This document shows, piece by piece, positions 48,162-61,752 of a stretch of DNA of 64,000 nucleotides; position 1 is the stretch's first letter, and each line of letters begins with the position of its first letter. The notes below the pieces were generated by a model that worked only from the letters and a program-made list of their open reading frames with translations, did no database searches and had not been told where the DNA came from. A program made the translations under genes and the position numbers. The stretch is from Mobula hypostoma (lineage: Eukaryota), in the NCBI RefSeq assembly GCF_963921235.1, contig NC_086097.1, positions 72,666,001 to 72,730,000 on the forward strand. The letters run 5' to 3'.

Positions 48162-48966
48162 TGTGATGGGGTCCTGAATTACCCCTATGAACTGCTTTTG
48201 AAAAGAGAGAGAGAGAGAGAGAGTTGTGGAACACAGACACCTTGTTAAAAAGAGATAGAAAGAAGGAGAGAGAGGCGAAGACTGCTCACAGTTTGGCTAT
48301 ACTCTCTACAAGGAGTTCTTACAACTAGAGGAGGGAGGAGCTGCTTGATGGACAGCGGGAATTCAGCATGGTGAGATAAATAGAAGGTCAGCTGTTAGAC
48401 CTGGAGACACATGGTTTTGGACACTGAATGAGCATTGTTGTGCCCACAGAAAAAGCGGGTTTTGGGAGGATCGATCAGGCGGATCGATCAGTGGCTCTAG
48501 CAGTGTGAAAAGGGTGTGATGGTGGGGAGTTATTCGTGTGTCCAACCCTCGCCTGGGTTGATCATTCCACTACAGAAGAACGGTCCCCTTTGTTGTGGTC
48601 ACAGTCAGTGACTTCTAAAAGATTTCGGAGAACAACGGGAAGACCAACAGTGTCAGCTCACCTGAAGACTCAAATCTCTCCCTCTCTCTCTCTCTCTCCA
48701 TCACTACTCTACTCAATACCACGAACTGAACTGAACTTTACTCATCATTGTAAGACTATCTATTTACCCCTAGACTTGAAGAAGCTTGGTTTTCATATAT
48801 TTCCACACTTGCTTATATATAATCGTTGCTAACCTGTTTGATATATCTGCATTTATATTACTGTATTGCGCAGTTACTAATAAATACCATTAGTTAATAG
48901 CAATACTGGACTCCAAAGTGTTTTCCATTTCTGCTGGTTCTTTAACCTGTCACGGGGTACGTGACA
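48162..48966 (+). mobile_element. Solo LTR (805 bp), perfect 4-bp TSD TATG
   Basis: TATG|TGTGATGGGG...GTACGTGACA|TATG; AATAAA at 48879-48884. Confidence 0.85.
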
Positions 48967-48974
48967 TATGTAAC

Positions 48975-49380
48975 AATTTTCATGGCATCATAATTCCTTA
49001 AAGCTCTTCACAACCAATGAAGCTTTCTGAAGTTTTTTCACTGTAACTTGCCAAGTAACCTTTAGAGATTATATGCAGAGTGCAAACCTTGCAAAAGAGG
49101 AAGGTTTGAAGCAGCAATCAGATAAATGATGACATCATTTGGAATTTGTTGACTGATGGCCAAGACTTAAATACATAAGAAAACAATATTAAGGAAACAA
49201 CCTACTCATCTTCCTGTGAGACTTCTTACAACCAATGAAGATTTCAGAGTAGATATCAACTAAGTTCTCATCAATAAGATGGTGTTTCCAAAACAGAAGC
49301 TAAATTAATTGAACAAGCACAGGGCTAAGGTATGAGTCAGAGTATCAGGTAAACTCCAGTTCACTGAGGATAGAAAGAGG
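48975..49380 (-). mobile_element. Very old Deu-domain SINE-like remnant
   Basis: AAAGCTCTTCACAACCAATGAAG and CTCATCAATAAGATGGTG resemble the reverse complement of the element at 36705-37560. Confidence 0.4.
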
Positions 49381-49844
49381 TCAGCAAGACAAGAATTCCT
49401 TATATATGACAATAATAATTGCAGGACAAGGCTTTCGACACAGAATCTAACAACATAGAAGGGCCATTCAGCCTTTCAAGCTATGCCAGCTCCTAGCAGA
49501 CCAATCCCATTCATACCACTCTACCACATCAGCCCAATAACCCTGTAGATTATTTTCTCTCTTGTGCTCCTCAAGTTCGCTTTTGAAAGTCATGATTAAG
49601 TGTTTTCACCCTCACCCACACTCTGCATGAACTAGATAATTTCCCACATGTTCCCCTGTGAGTAAAAATGTAAAACTTTCTATCGGTAAAACTGAAGACA
49701 TCAGAGATCACAGTGCAGGACTGAAAGGTGAAATTTTGGTAAATGGCTTTTCCTCTAATTCAATCTCAACATCCAGAAGTAATACAGAAGTGCGTGCCAC
49801 CCAAAACTGAACTCACAACAATGAGCAGACAAATTGATTCTTTT

Positions 49845-50025
49845 TGCCAAGGGATAACTTACAGTCGTCAATTTACCTCCCGGCCTATCTCTTTAATGTG
49901 GGGTAAAATCCACATAGTCATGGAGAGACTGTGCAAAGTCCACACAGACTTCACCCTGGGTCAGAATTCAACTCCAGTCACTGGAGCTGTGAGCCATCAG
50001 CGCTCGCTGCTCTGCTTTACCAACA
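49845..50025 (-). mobile_element. tRNA-headed V-SINE/HE1-like SINE, 5' part
   Basis: Reverse complement: GGCTCACAGCTCCAGTGACTGGAGTTGAATTCTG (B-box-like) then GTCTGTGTGGACTTTGCAC (V-domain-like). Confidence 0.65.
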
Positions 50026-50040
50026 GTGAATTGCATGTAG

Positions 50041-53000
50041 GAACATAGAAACATAGCAAACCTACAGCACAATACAGGCCCTTCAGCCCACAATGCTGTT
50101 CTGAACTTGTACTTAGTTTAGAATTTACCTAGGATTACCCATAGCCCTCTATTTTTGTAAGCTCCATGTACTTCTCCAAGAGTCTCTTAAAAGACCCTAT
50201 TGTATCCACCTCCACCACCATCGCCGACAGCCCATTCCACGCACTCACCACTCTCTGCGTAAAAAACTTACCCCTGACACCCCCCCGTACCTACTTCCAA
50301 GCACCTTAAAACTGTACCCTGTCATGTTAGCCATTTCTGCCCTGGGAAAAAGCCTCTGACTATCCATACGATCAATGCCTCTCATCATCTTATACACCTC
50401 TATCAGGTCACCTCTCATCCACCATTGCTCCAAGGAGAAAAGGCTAAATTCACTCAGCCTATTCTCATAAGGCATGCTCCCCAATCCAGGAAACATCCTT
50501 GGAAATCTTCTCTGCACCCTTAGTTTCCACAGCCTTCCTGTAGTGAGATGACCAGAACTGAGCACAGTTCTCCAAGTGGGTCTGACCAGAGTACTGTATA
50601 GCTGTAATGTTACCTCTCGGTTCTTGAACTCAACCCATGATTGATGAAGGCCAATACACCATATGGCTTCTTAACCACACAGACAACCAGTGCAGCAGCT
50701 TTGAGTGTTCTATGGACTCAGACCCCAAGACCCCTCTGATCTTCCACACTGCCAAGAGTTTTACAAATAACGCTATATTCTGCAAACATATTCGACCTAC
50801 TAAAATGAACCACCTCACACATATCTGGGTTGAACACCATCTGCCACTTCTCAGCCCAGTTTTGCATCCTATTGATGCCCCACTGTAACCTCTGACAGTC
50901 TTCCACACTATCCACAACACCCCTAACCTTTGTGTTATCAGCAAATTTACTAACCCATTCCTCCACTTCCTCATCCAGGTCATTTATAAAAGTCACAAAT
51001 AGAAGGAGTTCTGGAACAGATCCCTGAGGCACACCACTAGTGACCGACCTCCATGCAGAATATGACCCATCTACAACCACTCTTTGCCTTTTGTGGGCAA
51101 GCCAATTCATGATCCACAAAGCAAGGTCCCCTTGGATCCCATGCCTCCTTACTTTCTCAATAAGCCTTGCATGGGGTACCTTATCAAATGCCTTGCTGAA
51201 ATCCATATGCACTAAACCTACTGCTCTACCTTCATCAAGGTGTTTAGTCACATCCTCAAAAAATTCATTCAGGCTCGTAACACACGACCTCCCTTTGACA
51301 AAACCATGCTGACTATTCCTAATTATATTATGTCTCTCCAAATATTTATAAATCCTGTCTTTCAGGATCTTCTCCACCAACTTACCAACCATTGAGGTAA
51401 GACTCACTGGTCTATAAATTCCTGGGCTATCTCTATTCCCTTTCTTGAATAAAGGAACAACATTTGCAACCGTCCAATCCTCTGGAACCTCTCCTGTCCC
51501 CATTGATGATGCAAAGATCATTGCCAAAGGCTCAGCAATCTCCTCCCTCACCTCCTACAGTAGCCTGGGGTACATCTCATCTGGTCCCAGAGACTTATTC
51601 AACTTGATGCTTTCCAAATGGTCCAGCACATCCTCTTCCTTAACATCTATATGCTCAAGTTTTCAGTCTGCTGTAAGTCATCCCTACAATCGCCAAGGTC
51701 CTTTTCTGTAGTGAATACTGAAGCAAAGTATTAATTCATTACCTCCGCTACCTCCTCCGGTTCCATACACACTTTTCCACTGTACCTCTTGATTGGTCCT
51801 ATTCTCTGACATCTTATCCTCTTGCTCTTCTCCTATTTGTAGAATGCCTTGGGGTTTTCCTTAATCCTGCTCGCCAGACCATTCTCATGGCCTCTTCTGG
51901 TTCTCCTAATTTCATTCTTAAGAACCTTCCTGCTAGTCTTATAATCTTCTAGATCTCTATTATTACCTGGTTTTTAGAACCTTTTGTAAGCTTTTCTTTT
52001 CTTCTTGACTAGATTTTCTACAGCCTTTATACATCATGGTTCCTGTACCCCATCATCCCTTTCCTGTCTCATTGGAACGTACCTATGCAGAATGCCAGGG
52101 AAATATCCTCTGAACATTTCCACATTTCCCTGAGAACATCTGCTCCCAATTAATGCATCCAAGTTCCTGCCTAATAGCTTCGTATTCTCCCTTTCTCCAA
52201 TTAAACGTTTTCCTAACATGTCTGCTCCTATCTCTCTCCACTACTATGTTAAAGGAGATAGAATTGTGATCACTATCTCCAAAATGCTCTCTCACTGAGA
52301 GACCTGACAACTGACCAGGTTCGTTTCCCAATACCAGACCAAATACAGCCTCTCCTATTGTAGGCTTATCTATATTTTGTGTCAGAAAACTATCCTGAAC
52401 ACATCTAAAAAACTCCACCCATTCTAAACCCTTTGCTCAAGGGAGATGCCAATTCACATGGGGAAATTAAAATCTCTCATAACGACAACCCTGTTAGTAT
52501 TGCACCGTTCCAGAATCCGTCTCCCTATCAGCTCCTCGATGTCCCTGTTACTATTGGGTGGTCTATAAAAGATACCAAGTGGAGTTATTGACACCTTCCT
52601 GTTTCTAATTTCCATTCAGAGACTCAGTAGACAATCCGTCCATGACTTCCTCCTTTTCTTCATCCATGACACTATCTCTGATCAGCAGTGCCACGCCCCA
52701 CCTCTTTTGCCTCCCTCCCTGTCCTTTCTGAAACATTTAAAGCTTGGCATTCTAAGTAGCCATTCCTGCCCCTGAGCCATTCAAGACTCTGTAATGGCCA
52801 CAACATCATAGCTCCAAGTACTGATCCACACTCTAAGCTCATCCACTTTGTTCATGATACTCCTTGTATTAAAATAGACACACCTCAAACCATCAGTCTG
52901 AGTGTATCCCTTCTCTTTCACCTGCCTATCCTCACTCTCACACTGCCAACAAGTTTCTTCTGTTTGTGAGCCAACTGCCCCTTCCTTCGTCTCTTCAGTT

Positions 53001-54195
53001 CAGTTCCCACCCCGCCATCAGTTCTAGTTTAAACTCCCCAATAGCCTTAGCAAAACTCCCTGCCAGGATGTTTGTCCCCCTCGGATTCAAGTGCAATCCC
53101 TCCTTATTGTACAGGTCACTTCTGCCCCAGAAGATGTCCCAAAGATCCAGAAATCTGAATCCCTGCTCCCTGTTCCAATCCCTCAGCCACACATTTATCC
53201 TCCACATCACTATCCATGTACACTGTCGCATGGCACAGGTAGTAATCTCGTGATTATTACCCTTGTGGTACTGCTCCCAGCTTCTTTCCTAACTACCTGT
53301 AGTCTGTTTTCAGGACCTCCTCCCTTTTCCTACCTATGGCGTTGTTACCAATATGTACCACAACCTTTGGCTATTCACCTTCCCACTTCAGGATATCGTG
53401 GACGCAATCAGAAATACCGCAGACCCAGCACCTGGGAGGAAAACTGTCATTGTGTTTCTTTCCTGCGTCGACAGAATCGCTGTCTGGCACCCTATCTACA
53501 GAGTCCCCTATCACTGCTGCCATCCTCTTCCTTTCCCTACCCTTCTGCACCACAGGGTCAGACTCTGTGCCAGGGGTGCGGCCACTGTTGCTTCCCCAAG
53601 GTAGGTTGTCCCCCCCCCCCAACAGTATTCAAACAGGAGGACTTATTGTCAAGGTGGACAGCCACAGGGGTACTCGCTAGTATCTGATTCTTGCCTTTCC
53701 CTCTCCTGACTGTCACCCACTTATCTGTTTCCCAAGGCCCCGGTGTGACTACTCACCTATAGCTCCTATTATCACCTCCTCACTTCCCCTGACCAGATGA
53801 AGGTCATCAAGCTGCATCTCCAGTTCCCTGTCCCAGTCCCTAAGGAGCTACAGCTTGTTGCACCTGGCACATTTGTGGCCGCCAGGGAGGCTGAGAGTCT
53901 CCCAGACATCCCACATCCGACACCCAGTACAGAACATCGGACTTGCAGACATACTTCTTATTCCTATCTTTGCAAGTAACGTACCTCGCTTCGACGTATT
54001 ATCGCCGAAACCCCATTGAGCCAAAGCCCTCCTACTCTGACTCCTTCTACTCTGGTGCCCACTCTATAAATCTGTCTTCTTTTTAAATTTTTCCTGCCGG
54101 TCTAACTCGCTGACGTCCATGCACCTCGATCAAACCGCTTAGGAAAATATGATTGCTTGTTTAATTTTTACTGTCGGTCTAACTCGCTGACATCT
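50041..54195 (-). mobile_element. Near full-length degenerate CR1 LINE
   Basis: GAACATAGAAACATAG tail; RT 50718..51551 (KFADNTK); endonuclease pieces; ORF1 with AVIGDSV; 5' UTR with GGTCTAACTCGCTGAC duplicated near 54099 and 54176. Confidence 0.93.
53024..53952 (-). pseudogene. Disrupted CR1 ORF1 (Cys motifs + SGNH esterase-like domain)
   Basis: MSASPMFCTGCRMW...HKCARC; VIGDSV; FRFLDLWDIFWGR...EGLHLNPRGTNILAG. Several stops and frameshifts. Confidence 0.85.
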
Positions 54196-55393
54196 ACGCA
54201 GTTGTGCATTTGAGGTGATGGAGTGAACAAGAGGGCCAAGGAGGCCAATGCAGGTATATTGATCTGATGAATGTGACTACAAGAGGTAGGTATACTGTAG
54301 CTATGAAAGCACCAACGTTTACCTGGGATTCGATCTGGACTGTTTGCCCCTCCACGTGTATCAGCTCTCATTGCATGAAAGCATCGAACAATAAGATTAT
54401 TTAAGGCTTTAAAGTATGATGCAGGTGCTGGGATGATAATAATATATATTTTGTGTCCTTTTTCAGCAGTCCATTACAGTATCTACCCTTGCCTCCTTTT
54501 TACTCATATATATGGAAAAAACTTCTGATATCCTCTTCTATGTTATTGGCAAGTGTGCAACATTTTTTTTATCTCCTTCTGGCTTTTTGAGTTGCCTTCT
54601 GATGGTTTTTATAAGCATCCAAATCATCTAAATTTTCTATTCATTTTTGCTATACCCTCTCTTTTGCTTTTACGCTGTCTTTGATGTCAGCCACTGATAC
54701 TTCATCCTCCCTTTAGAATGCTACTTCAGCTTTGGCCTGTATCTATTCTGCACATTTGAATTGTTTCCAGAAACACCAGCCATTGGTGTCCTGCTGTCAA
54801 CACTGCTAGTGCCCATTTCCAACCAACTTTGGCCCGCTCCTGTCTCATGCTTTTGTAATTCCCTTTACTCAACTGTAATACTGATACATCTGACTTTATC
54901 TTCTCCCTCTCAAACAGCAGGTTGAATTCTATCATATTATAATCACTATCTCAGAAGGGTTCCTTTATCTGAAGTTCCCTAATCAAATTTGGTTTAATAC
55001 ACAACACTCAATATAGAATTGCCTTTCCCCCAGTGGGTTCAATCACAAGCTGCTCTAAAAAGCCATCTCATAGACATTCTACAAATTCCCTCCCTTGGGA
55101 TCCAGCACCAACTGGATTTTTCCAATCTACCTACATATTGAAATCCCCCATGACTACTGTAACATTATCCTTATTGCCTGCCATCGTCCGACTTCCTATT
55201 GAAGTTTATACCCATATCCTGGCTACTGTTCAGTGGCCTGTACATAACTTCCATCAGGGTTTCTTTACCCTCGCAGTTTCTGAGCTCTACCCACAAGTAT
55301 TCTACTACTGCTGATCCTTTGTCACCTGTTTCTAAGGATTTGGTTTCATTTTTTACCACTGGAGCTACCACACCCACTCTACCTACCTGTCTA

Positions 55394-58300
55394 CAATAGA
55401 ACACAGAACATAGGACAGTACAGTACAGGCCATTCAGCCCACAATGTTGTGCTGAACTAGCTAAAAGGTTAATGAAAAACACTCAACACTAACCTCTCCT
55501 ACCTACGTCATGTCCATACCACTCTATCCTCCTTACATCCTTGTGCCTATCCAGAAGTTTCTTAAAAGCCTCTAATCTATTGCCTCTACCACCGTACCAG
55601 GGAGCACTTCTAGGCTTCCATGACGGTCTGAGTAAAAAACTTACCACTCTCGTCCCCCTTGAACCTAGGCCCTCTTATGTTCAATGCATGCCCTCTAGTA
55701 TTAGATATTTCAATCCTGGAAAACAGATGCTGTCTATCCACTCTATCTATGCCTTTTGTAATCTTGTAAACCTCGATCAGATCTCCCCTTAGCCTCCAGC
55801 ACTCCAGACAAAACAACTCAAGTTTTCTCAGTGAGAAAACCTCCCTGTACAGTCTCCAAAGCCTCAACATCCTTCCCATGTTGGGTCGACCAGAACTGTA
55901 TGCAATATTCCAGGTGTGGCCAAACCAGAGTTTTATAAAGTTGCAAATAATCTCTTCATTTCTGAACTCAGTGCCTCGACTAATAAAAGCAATCATTCCA
56001 TAAGCCTTAACCACCTTATCGACCTGTGTAGCCATGTTCAAGGAGCTATGAACTTGGATCCCAAGATCTCTCTGCTCAGCAACACTGTTAAGAATCTTGC
56101 CCTATCAAGGTGCAACAACTCACATTTATTTGGGTTAAGCTCCATCTGCTATTTCTCTGCCCATATCTGCAAGTGATCTATATTGTGCTGTATTCTTTGC
56201 CAGTCATCTACACTATCCACAGTTTCACCAATCTTGGCACCATCCGCAAACTTACTAACCCACATTTTCATCCAGGTCTTTTATATATATTACAAACAGC
56301 AGAGGTCCTGCAAAGATCCCTGAGGAACTCCATTAATTACAGACCTCCAGCTTGAAGTCTCTGCAGTTTGTACCCTTAGTCTTCTATGCACAAGCCAGTT
56401 CAGAATCCGAACAGCCAGTCTGCTGCATCTTAATCTTCTGGATTAGCCTCCCATGAGGGATACTGTCAAATGCCTTACTAAAATCCATGTAGACAACATC
56501 CACTGCCCTACTTTCATCAATCTCTCTCTTCACCTTGTCAAAAAACTCAGTTAACTCGGTAAGGCACGATCTGCCATGCACAAAGCCATGTTGGCTCTCC
56601 ATAATTTGGCCTTGCCTTTCCATATGTTCATTTATCCTATCCCTAATAATTTTCTTCAGCAATTTCTCTGCAAATGATATGAGTCTCACAGGTCTATATG
56701 AAAATCCCCTGGAATTTCCCATGTTCCCTTCTTAAATAGAGGTACAACATTAACCACTCATCAGTCCTGTGGGACTTCACCTGTAACCAGATGATGTGAA
56801 GATACTAGTCAAGGGCCTAGCAATCTCATCTCTTGTCTCCTTCAATAACCTGGGGTAAATCTCATCAGGCCCTAGGGACATCCACCTTAACACTTGTTAG
56901 GAGGCCCAACACTTCCTCCTCTTTGATCTCTAAACATCCTAAGATAAGGTGGGAGGAGAAAATGGCGGCGCGATGCAGCGCACGTAGCTTCTCCAGTGAA
57001 ATGGTATCTTATTGTTAAATAGGGGCCGTGCACAATTCTGATTTGATGGAGACAGCCATGAGAGCACAGAGGAACATCTGGAGTAATTTCTGAAATGCCT
57101 GGTTCGCTGCCGCTGCTACTGTGTGATCAAGAATCTCTGGAGGGAAGGCCGCAAAATCCTTGGCTTTGCCTGCTGCTGGCAGCCGGGGCTGGGGTCGAAG
57201 CATTCAGCAGAGATGGTGCTCGGTGCTCGGTGTCGGAGGGCTGGTCGGAGCTCGAAGTTTTCCGACGACTCAAAGTCAGACTGTGGTCGGGTATGGCAGG
57301 GAGAGTTTTCGTCCTTCTCCCATCAGCGTGAGATGTGGGACTTCCGAGAGACTGAACTTTTTACCATGTTAACGGCCTGTTCTTCATCAAGTTATGGTAT
57401 TGCTTGCACTGTTGTAACTATATGTTATAATTAGGGGGGTTTTGTCAGTTTTTCAGTCTTGGTCTGTCCTGTGTTTCTGTGATATCACACCGGAGGAATA
57501 TTGTATCATTTCTTAATGCATGTATTACTAAATGACAATAAAAGAGGACTGTGTGTCCTCATAATCTAATCTAATCTATTTATATACTCAGCAATGACCT
57601 CCTGGTCCTCCATATCCTTTTCCTTGGTAAATACTGAAGCAAAGTACTCAGTAAGTACTCACATTCTCTGCCCCCAAGTAAATGTTCCCACTACCCCTTA
57701 CTCTTGAGTGGTCCCACCCTCTCCCTAGTTATCCTCTTGCTCGCCATGTAAGTATAGAATGCCTTAGGATTCACCTTAATCCTACTCACCAGGGACTTTT
57801 CATGGCCCCTCCTGGCTTTCCTAATTCCCTTCTTCAGTTCTCTTCTGGCTTCTTTATTCTCTTCATGTGCTCCGTTTGATCCTAACTTCTGAAGCTTCAC
57901 ATACTTTTATTTTTTTTCTTGACTAAATTCATCACTTCTCTGAACATCCAAGGTTCTCTTACCCTTCCAATCTAGTCCTTCCTTCTAAAAGGAACATACT
58001 TTTCTTGCACTCTGTGCAATTGATCATTAAACACCCTCCATGTGTCTGACGTGGACTTGCCAGAAGTGTTCCTAATTAACGCTTCTTAGTTCCTGTCTAA
58101 TGCCCTCTTAATTTGCTCTACTCCAAATTAAAACTCTCCTACAAGGACCGCTTCTATCCCAAAAGTTAAGGAGTTATGGTTACTGTTCCCTAACTGTTCA
58201 CCCACTGAACGTTCAGTCACCTGGTCAGGCTCATTACCCAACACCAGGTCCAGTACAGCCCCTCCTCTCATTGGACCCTCCACATATTGATTTAAGAAAC

Positions 58301-58802
58301 CTTCCTGGAAACACGTAACAAATTCTGCTCCATCTAAAGCCATGGCATTAAGAAAGTACCAGTTTATAGCAGAAATCTCCAATGACAACAACTTTATTAT
58401 TTTTACACATCTCCTTAATCCGGTTATATATCTGTTCCTCAATGTCCCGGTGGCTATTAGGGGTCAGTAGTACAATCCCATCATTGTGATTGCACCCTTC
58501 CTTTTCCTGAATTCTACCCAAATGGACTTAGTGTCTGTCCCCTCCATTATGTCTCCCCTGATATTGTCCCTGATTAGCAGTGCAACTACCCCCTCCCCAT
58601 CTTTTCTAAGAATTTGAAAACCTGATACCTTAATTACCCGTTCCTGCCCCTCTCTCAACCAAGTTTCAATAATGGCTACAGCATCATAGTTCCATGTATT
58701 GATCTGTGTTCTAAGCTCATTACCCCTACCCATAATGCTCCTAACGTTAAGATACACACACTGCAAACTATCTGACCCATTATACTTGTTATTTTGACTT
58801 TG
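55394..58802 (-). mobile_element. CR1 spanning ORF2, nested in the older CR1 and itself interrupted at 56951-57578
   Basis: Tail ATAGAACACAGAACATAG at about 55396; RT (YMDFSKAFD) and endonuclease (CVYLNVRS, IETWL, VLDLVL). Confidence 0.9.
56951..57578 (+). mobile_element. Non-coding retroposon, copy B (628 bp)
   Basis: Starts GGGAGGAGAAAATGGCGGCG and ends AATAAAA-GAGGAC TGTGT GTCCTC-AT(AATCT)3; interrupts a CR1. Confidence 0.88.
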
Positions 58803-59510
58803 CCTTTAAATACAAGGTGTATCCTTGAATGTTAATCTGCTTCTATGATTTTTTTTCAACCATGACTCAGTGATGCCTACGGCATTATATCTGCCAATCT
58901 CAAACTGCGTTACAAGATCATCTGCCTTATTCTGTATTCTGCGTGCATTCAAGTGTAACACCTTCAGTCCCATATTCATTACCCTTTTCGATTTTACCCC
59001 CAGGTTACATTTCAACTCATCCCACCGACTTCAATTTTGCCCTATCATCTACCTATCCTTCCTCACAGTTTCACTACACACTGCATCGACTTGTATACCA
59101 ACTGCCCCATCCTCAGTATTTCACTCCAGTTCCCAACTCTCCGCCACCTTGGTTTAAACCTTTTCCAACTGCTCTAGCATATCTGCCTGCAAGGATATTG
59201 GTCCCCTTCAGGTTCAGGTATCACCTGTCCTTTTAGTACAGGTTATTCTTTCTCTAGGAGGGATCCCAATGATCCGGAAATCTGAAAACCTGCCTCCTAC
59301 ACCACTTCCTCAGCCACTCGTTCATCTGTACCATCATCTTATTCCTACCCTAACACGCATGTGTTACTGGAGCAATCCACAGATTACTGTCTTTGAGATC
59401 CTGCTCTTCAGATTCTTCCCTAACTGCCCATACTCACTGCGCATTACCTCTTCCCTCTTCCTACCACGTCATTGGTGCCAATGTGCGCCGTACCCTCTGG
59501 CTGCTCAGCC

Positions 59511-59548
59511 TCTCTCTCTCTCTCTCTCTCTCGAGAGAGAGAGAGAGA
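59511..59548. repeat. (TC)11(GA)8 self-complementary microsatellite
   Basis: Perfect 32-bp palindrome at 59517-59548 centred on TCGA. Confidence 0.92.
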
Positions 59549-61752
59549 ATTTTCTGCAGCTGGTTTGAAACGTCCTGCACGCCTGCGCCTGGGAGGTAAC
59601 ATACCAACCTGTCTTCTCTTTTATGGCCATAGAATCTGCCATCTATCTTCCAAGCTATTGAGTCTTATTGCTATTGTTCTGCCTGACTTTACCATTCTGT
59701 GTTGAGCCTCAGAGCTGGCCACAGTGCTGCTGGCTGAGTTGCTACTGCTGTGTCCTTATATATCATCACCACACCCCCTCCCCCACAAATGTTTCCAAAG
59801 GGGTATACTTGCTGCTGAAGGCTATGGCCACAGGGGAGCCCTGCACTGGCTGTTTACTCCTTTTACTTCTCCTGGTAGTCACCCATCTACTATCTGAAGC
59901 CCACACTCTGAGTGAGACCAGCCCAGTAAAAGTCACATCTATGAAATTTTCAGCCTCCTGGATGGTCCTGCCGGCTTCAAGCTCCAGCTCCAGTTTCTTG
60001 ACCTTGTCAGTCAGGAGTCGAAGTTGGGTGCACTTCCTGCAGATGTAGTCATCTGGGTGACTGTGAGGTACCCTGCAATCTCACATTTCACAGGAGGAGA
60101 ATTCCACTGCTTGACTACCACCCTGCCTACATTTGTTATGTCTCTAACTTCTCAAACGTAAGTTTTAACGTGCGCCCGTTCTCTCCCAAGCCTGTTGAGT
60201 CAAAGCCTGACCACTCTAACACTGTCCACTTCAACAATATCCACTCTGCGTCCACCTCACTTCTATATATTGGACCTTGCTAAGTTGCTATTAACCCAGC
60301 GATTTCCCACTCTGTAAACAAGTTTCAGGCCCCTCTCTCTTTTTAAATCTGTTGCATCAAGTCCACAAGGAAATCTTTCCAACTCATTCTGCAATCTCCC
60401 TCTCCACAGAAATCTGGTTACTTCTGATAATGGAACCGTGGAAGTCCTCAACTTCCTGAAATACACTTCTCATTGTCATTCTAGGTTGGTTTCAACACTA
60501 GAGTTAGTCAATGGAGTGTAAATATACATTCTGAATGCGTGCACAAGGAGTCACTCAAACTTCTCAGCAGTTACACTGGGAAAGCTGATTAATGAATCTG
60601 CTCCAGGTGAGAGAGGCGAGAGGCACTGGGCAACAACTCCACTGACTTCCGGTGGGGGGTGTCTATTTCAGATAACATTTCCTAGGAATTAAACCATGTT
60701 AATCTAAGTATTATTATTTAACTAAATACTGTCTAAATAAATGAAGATTTCCAAATGTTTTAAAATATTTTTAAAATATGAAATTTGCCTGTTTAATAAA
60801 GTTTTAATAGGTTGACAAGCAGTAAACCCAGGATTATGGTTTAATTAGCTGTCAGAGGATTTCTGGTGACAGACTTGTCACTTCCCACCAGATAGTCCTG
60901 TGTTCTAAAGGGCTTCATGATCATGAGCTTGCTTCAGGGACTAATTTGCCACTTCAGGTCCACGCTGCTGGGCGTGTAGCCTGCCAGTAACTGAGGTGTA
61001 CAGGTTGAAAGCCTTCTGTAAGGTGAAGTGAACCACAAGTTCATAGTCATGGTGTCAACTGATGAAATGCTGTCTTGTAGCACATTAAAACAGTGCAACA
61101 TGCAATGGTATCCCTTTGCCTATCGCTTGTAGGGTTTGCAGACACAGCATCATGGTATTTGGACTAAATATATTATGACACATGTGATTACTATGACTAT
61201 AAAATTTGGACAAGTATAGTGATTGAGATAATCAAAAGATAAATTCCTGCCAGAAAATTGTTTTCTTCATGACTACCACATGCGTATCAATTGTTTTCAG
61301 ATTCGCTGCAGTACTAACCCTCAAGGATTCTTACAGGGGTGAATTTGCCTGAGATTTCACTAGGGTTTTGCATCTGTAGGTTTACCATTTCTACGCAAAA
61401 TAAATTTCTCCATGGAACCTCCACTGAGCTCACAGCTCCAGAGTCAGAGAAGTCTCATGAAATTACTGGTATGTTCAGTTCCTCACCAAGATTAACATGC
61501 CTTCACTGACCAGATTGGATTACGATAAAAGGTCTGTAATTTTAATCTCTTATACATGTAATCTTTTTAGCTATTAAAGTACTTCAGCATAGGAAGGCCC
61601 ATTCTTCCACTTCTGCTGACGCCAGCATTTTATTTTGCTTAAGTTCGTAGTTCTTTTATCCTGTTGGTGATCATTCATTGAAACAGCCCTTCCAAACAGC
61701 TGAATTAGGGAAAAAATTTTGTTGCACCTTCCTGTTTGTCAATCACATAATC

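Larger units (their letters stand above)
54465..60290 (-). mobile_element. Old CR1 (5' UTR, ORF1, endonuclease, tether) in two pieces, 54465-55393 and 58803-60290, split by a younger CR1
   Basis: Joining 55392 to 58803 restores the endonuclease sequence seen uninterrupted at 25020-25070. LNARRIQNK...GITESWL at 58806-59015; ORF1 remnants at about 59150-60110. Confidence 0.8.
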
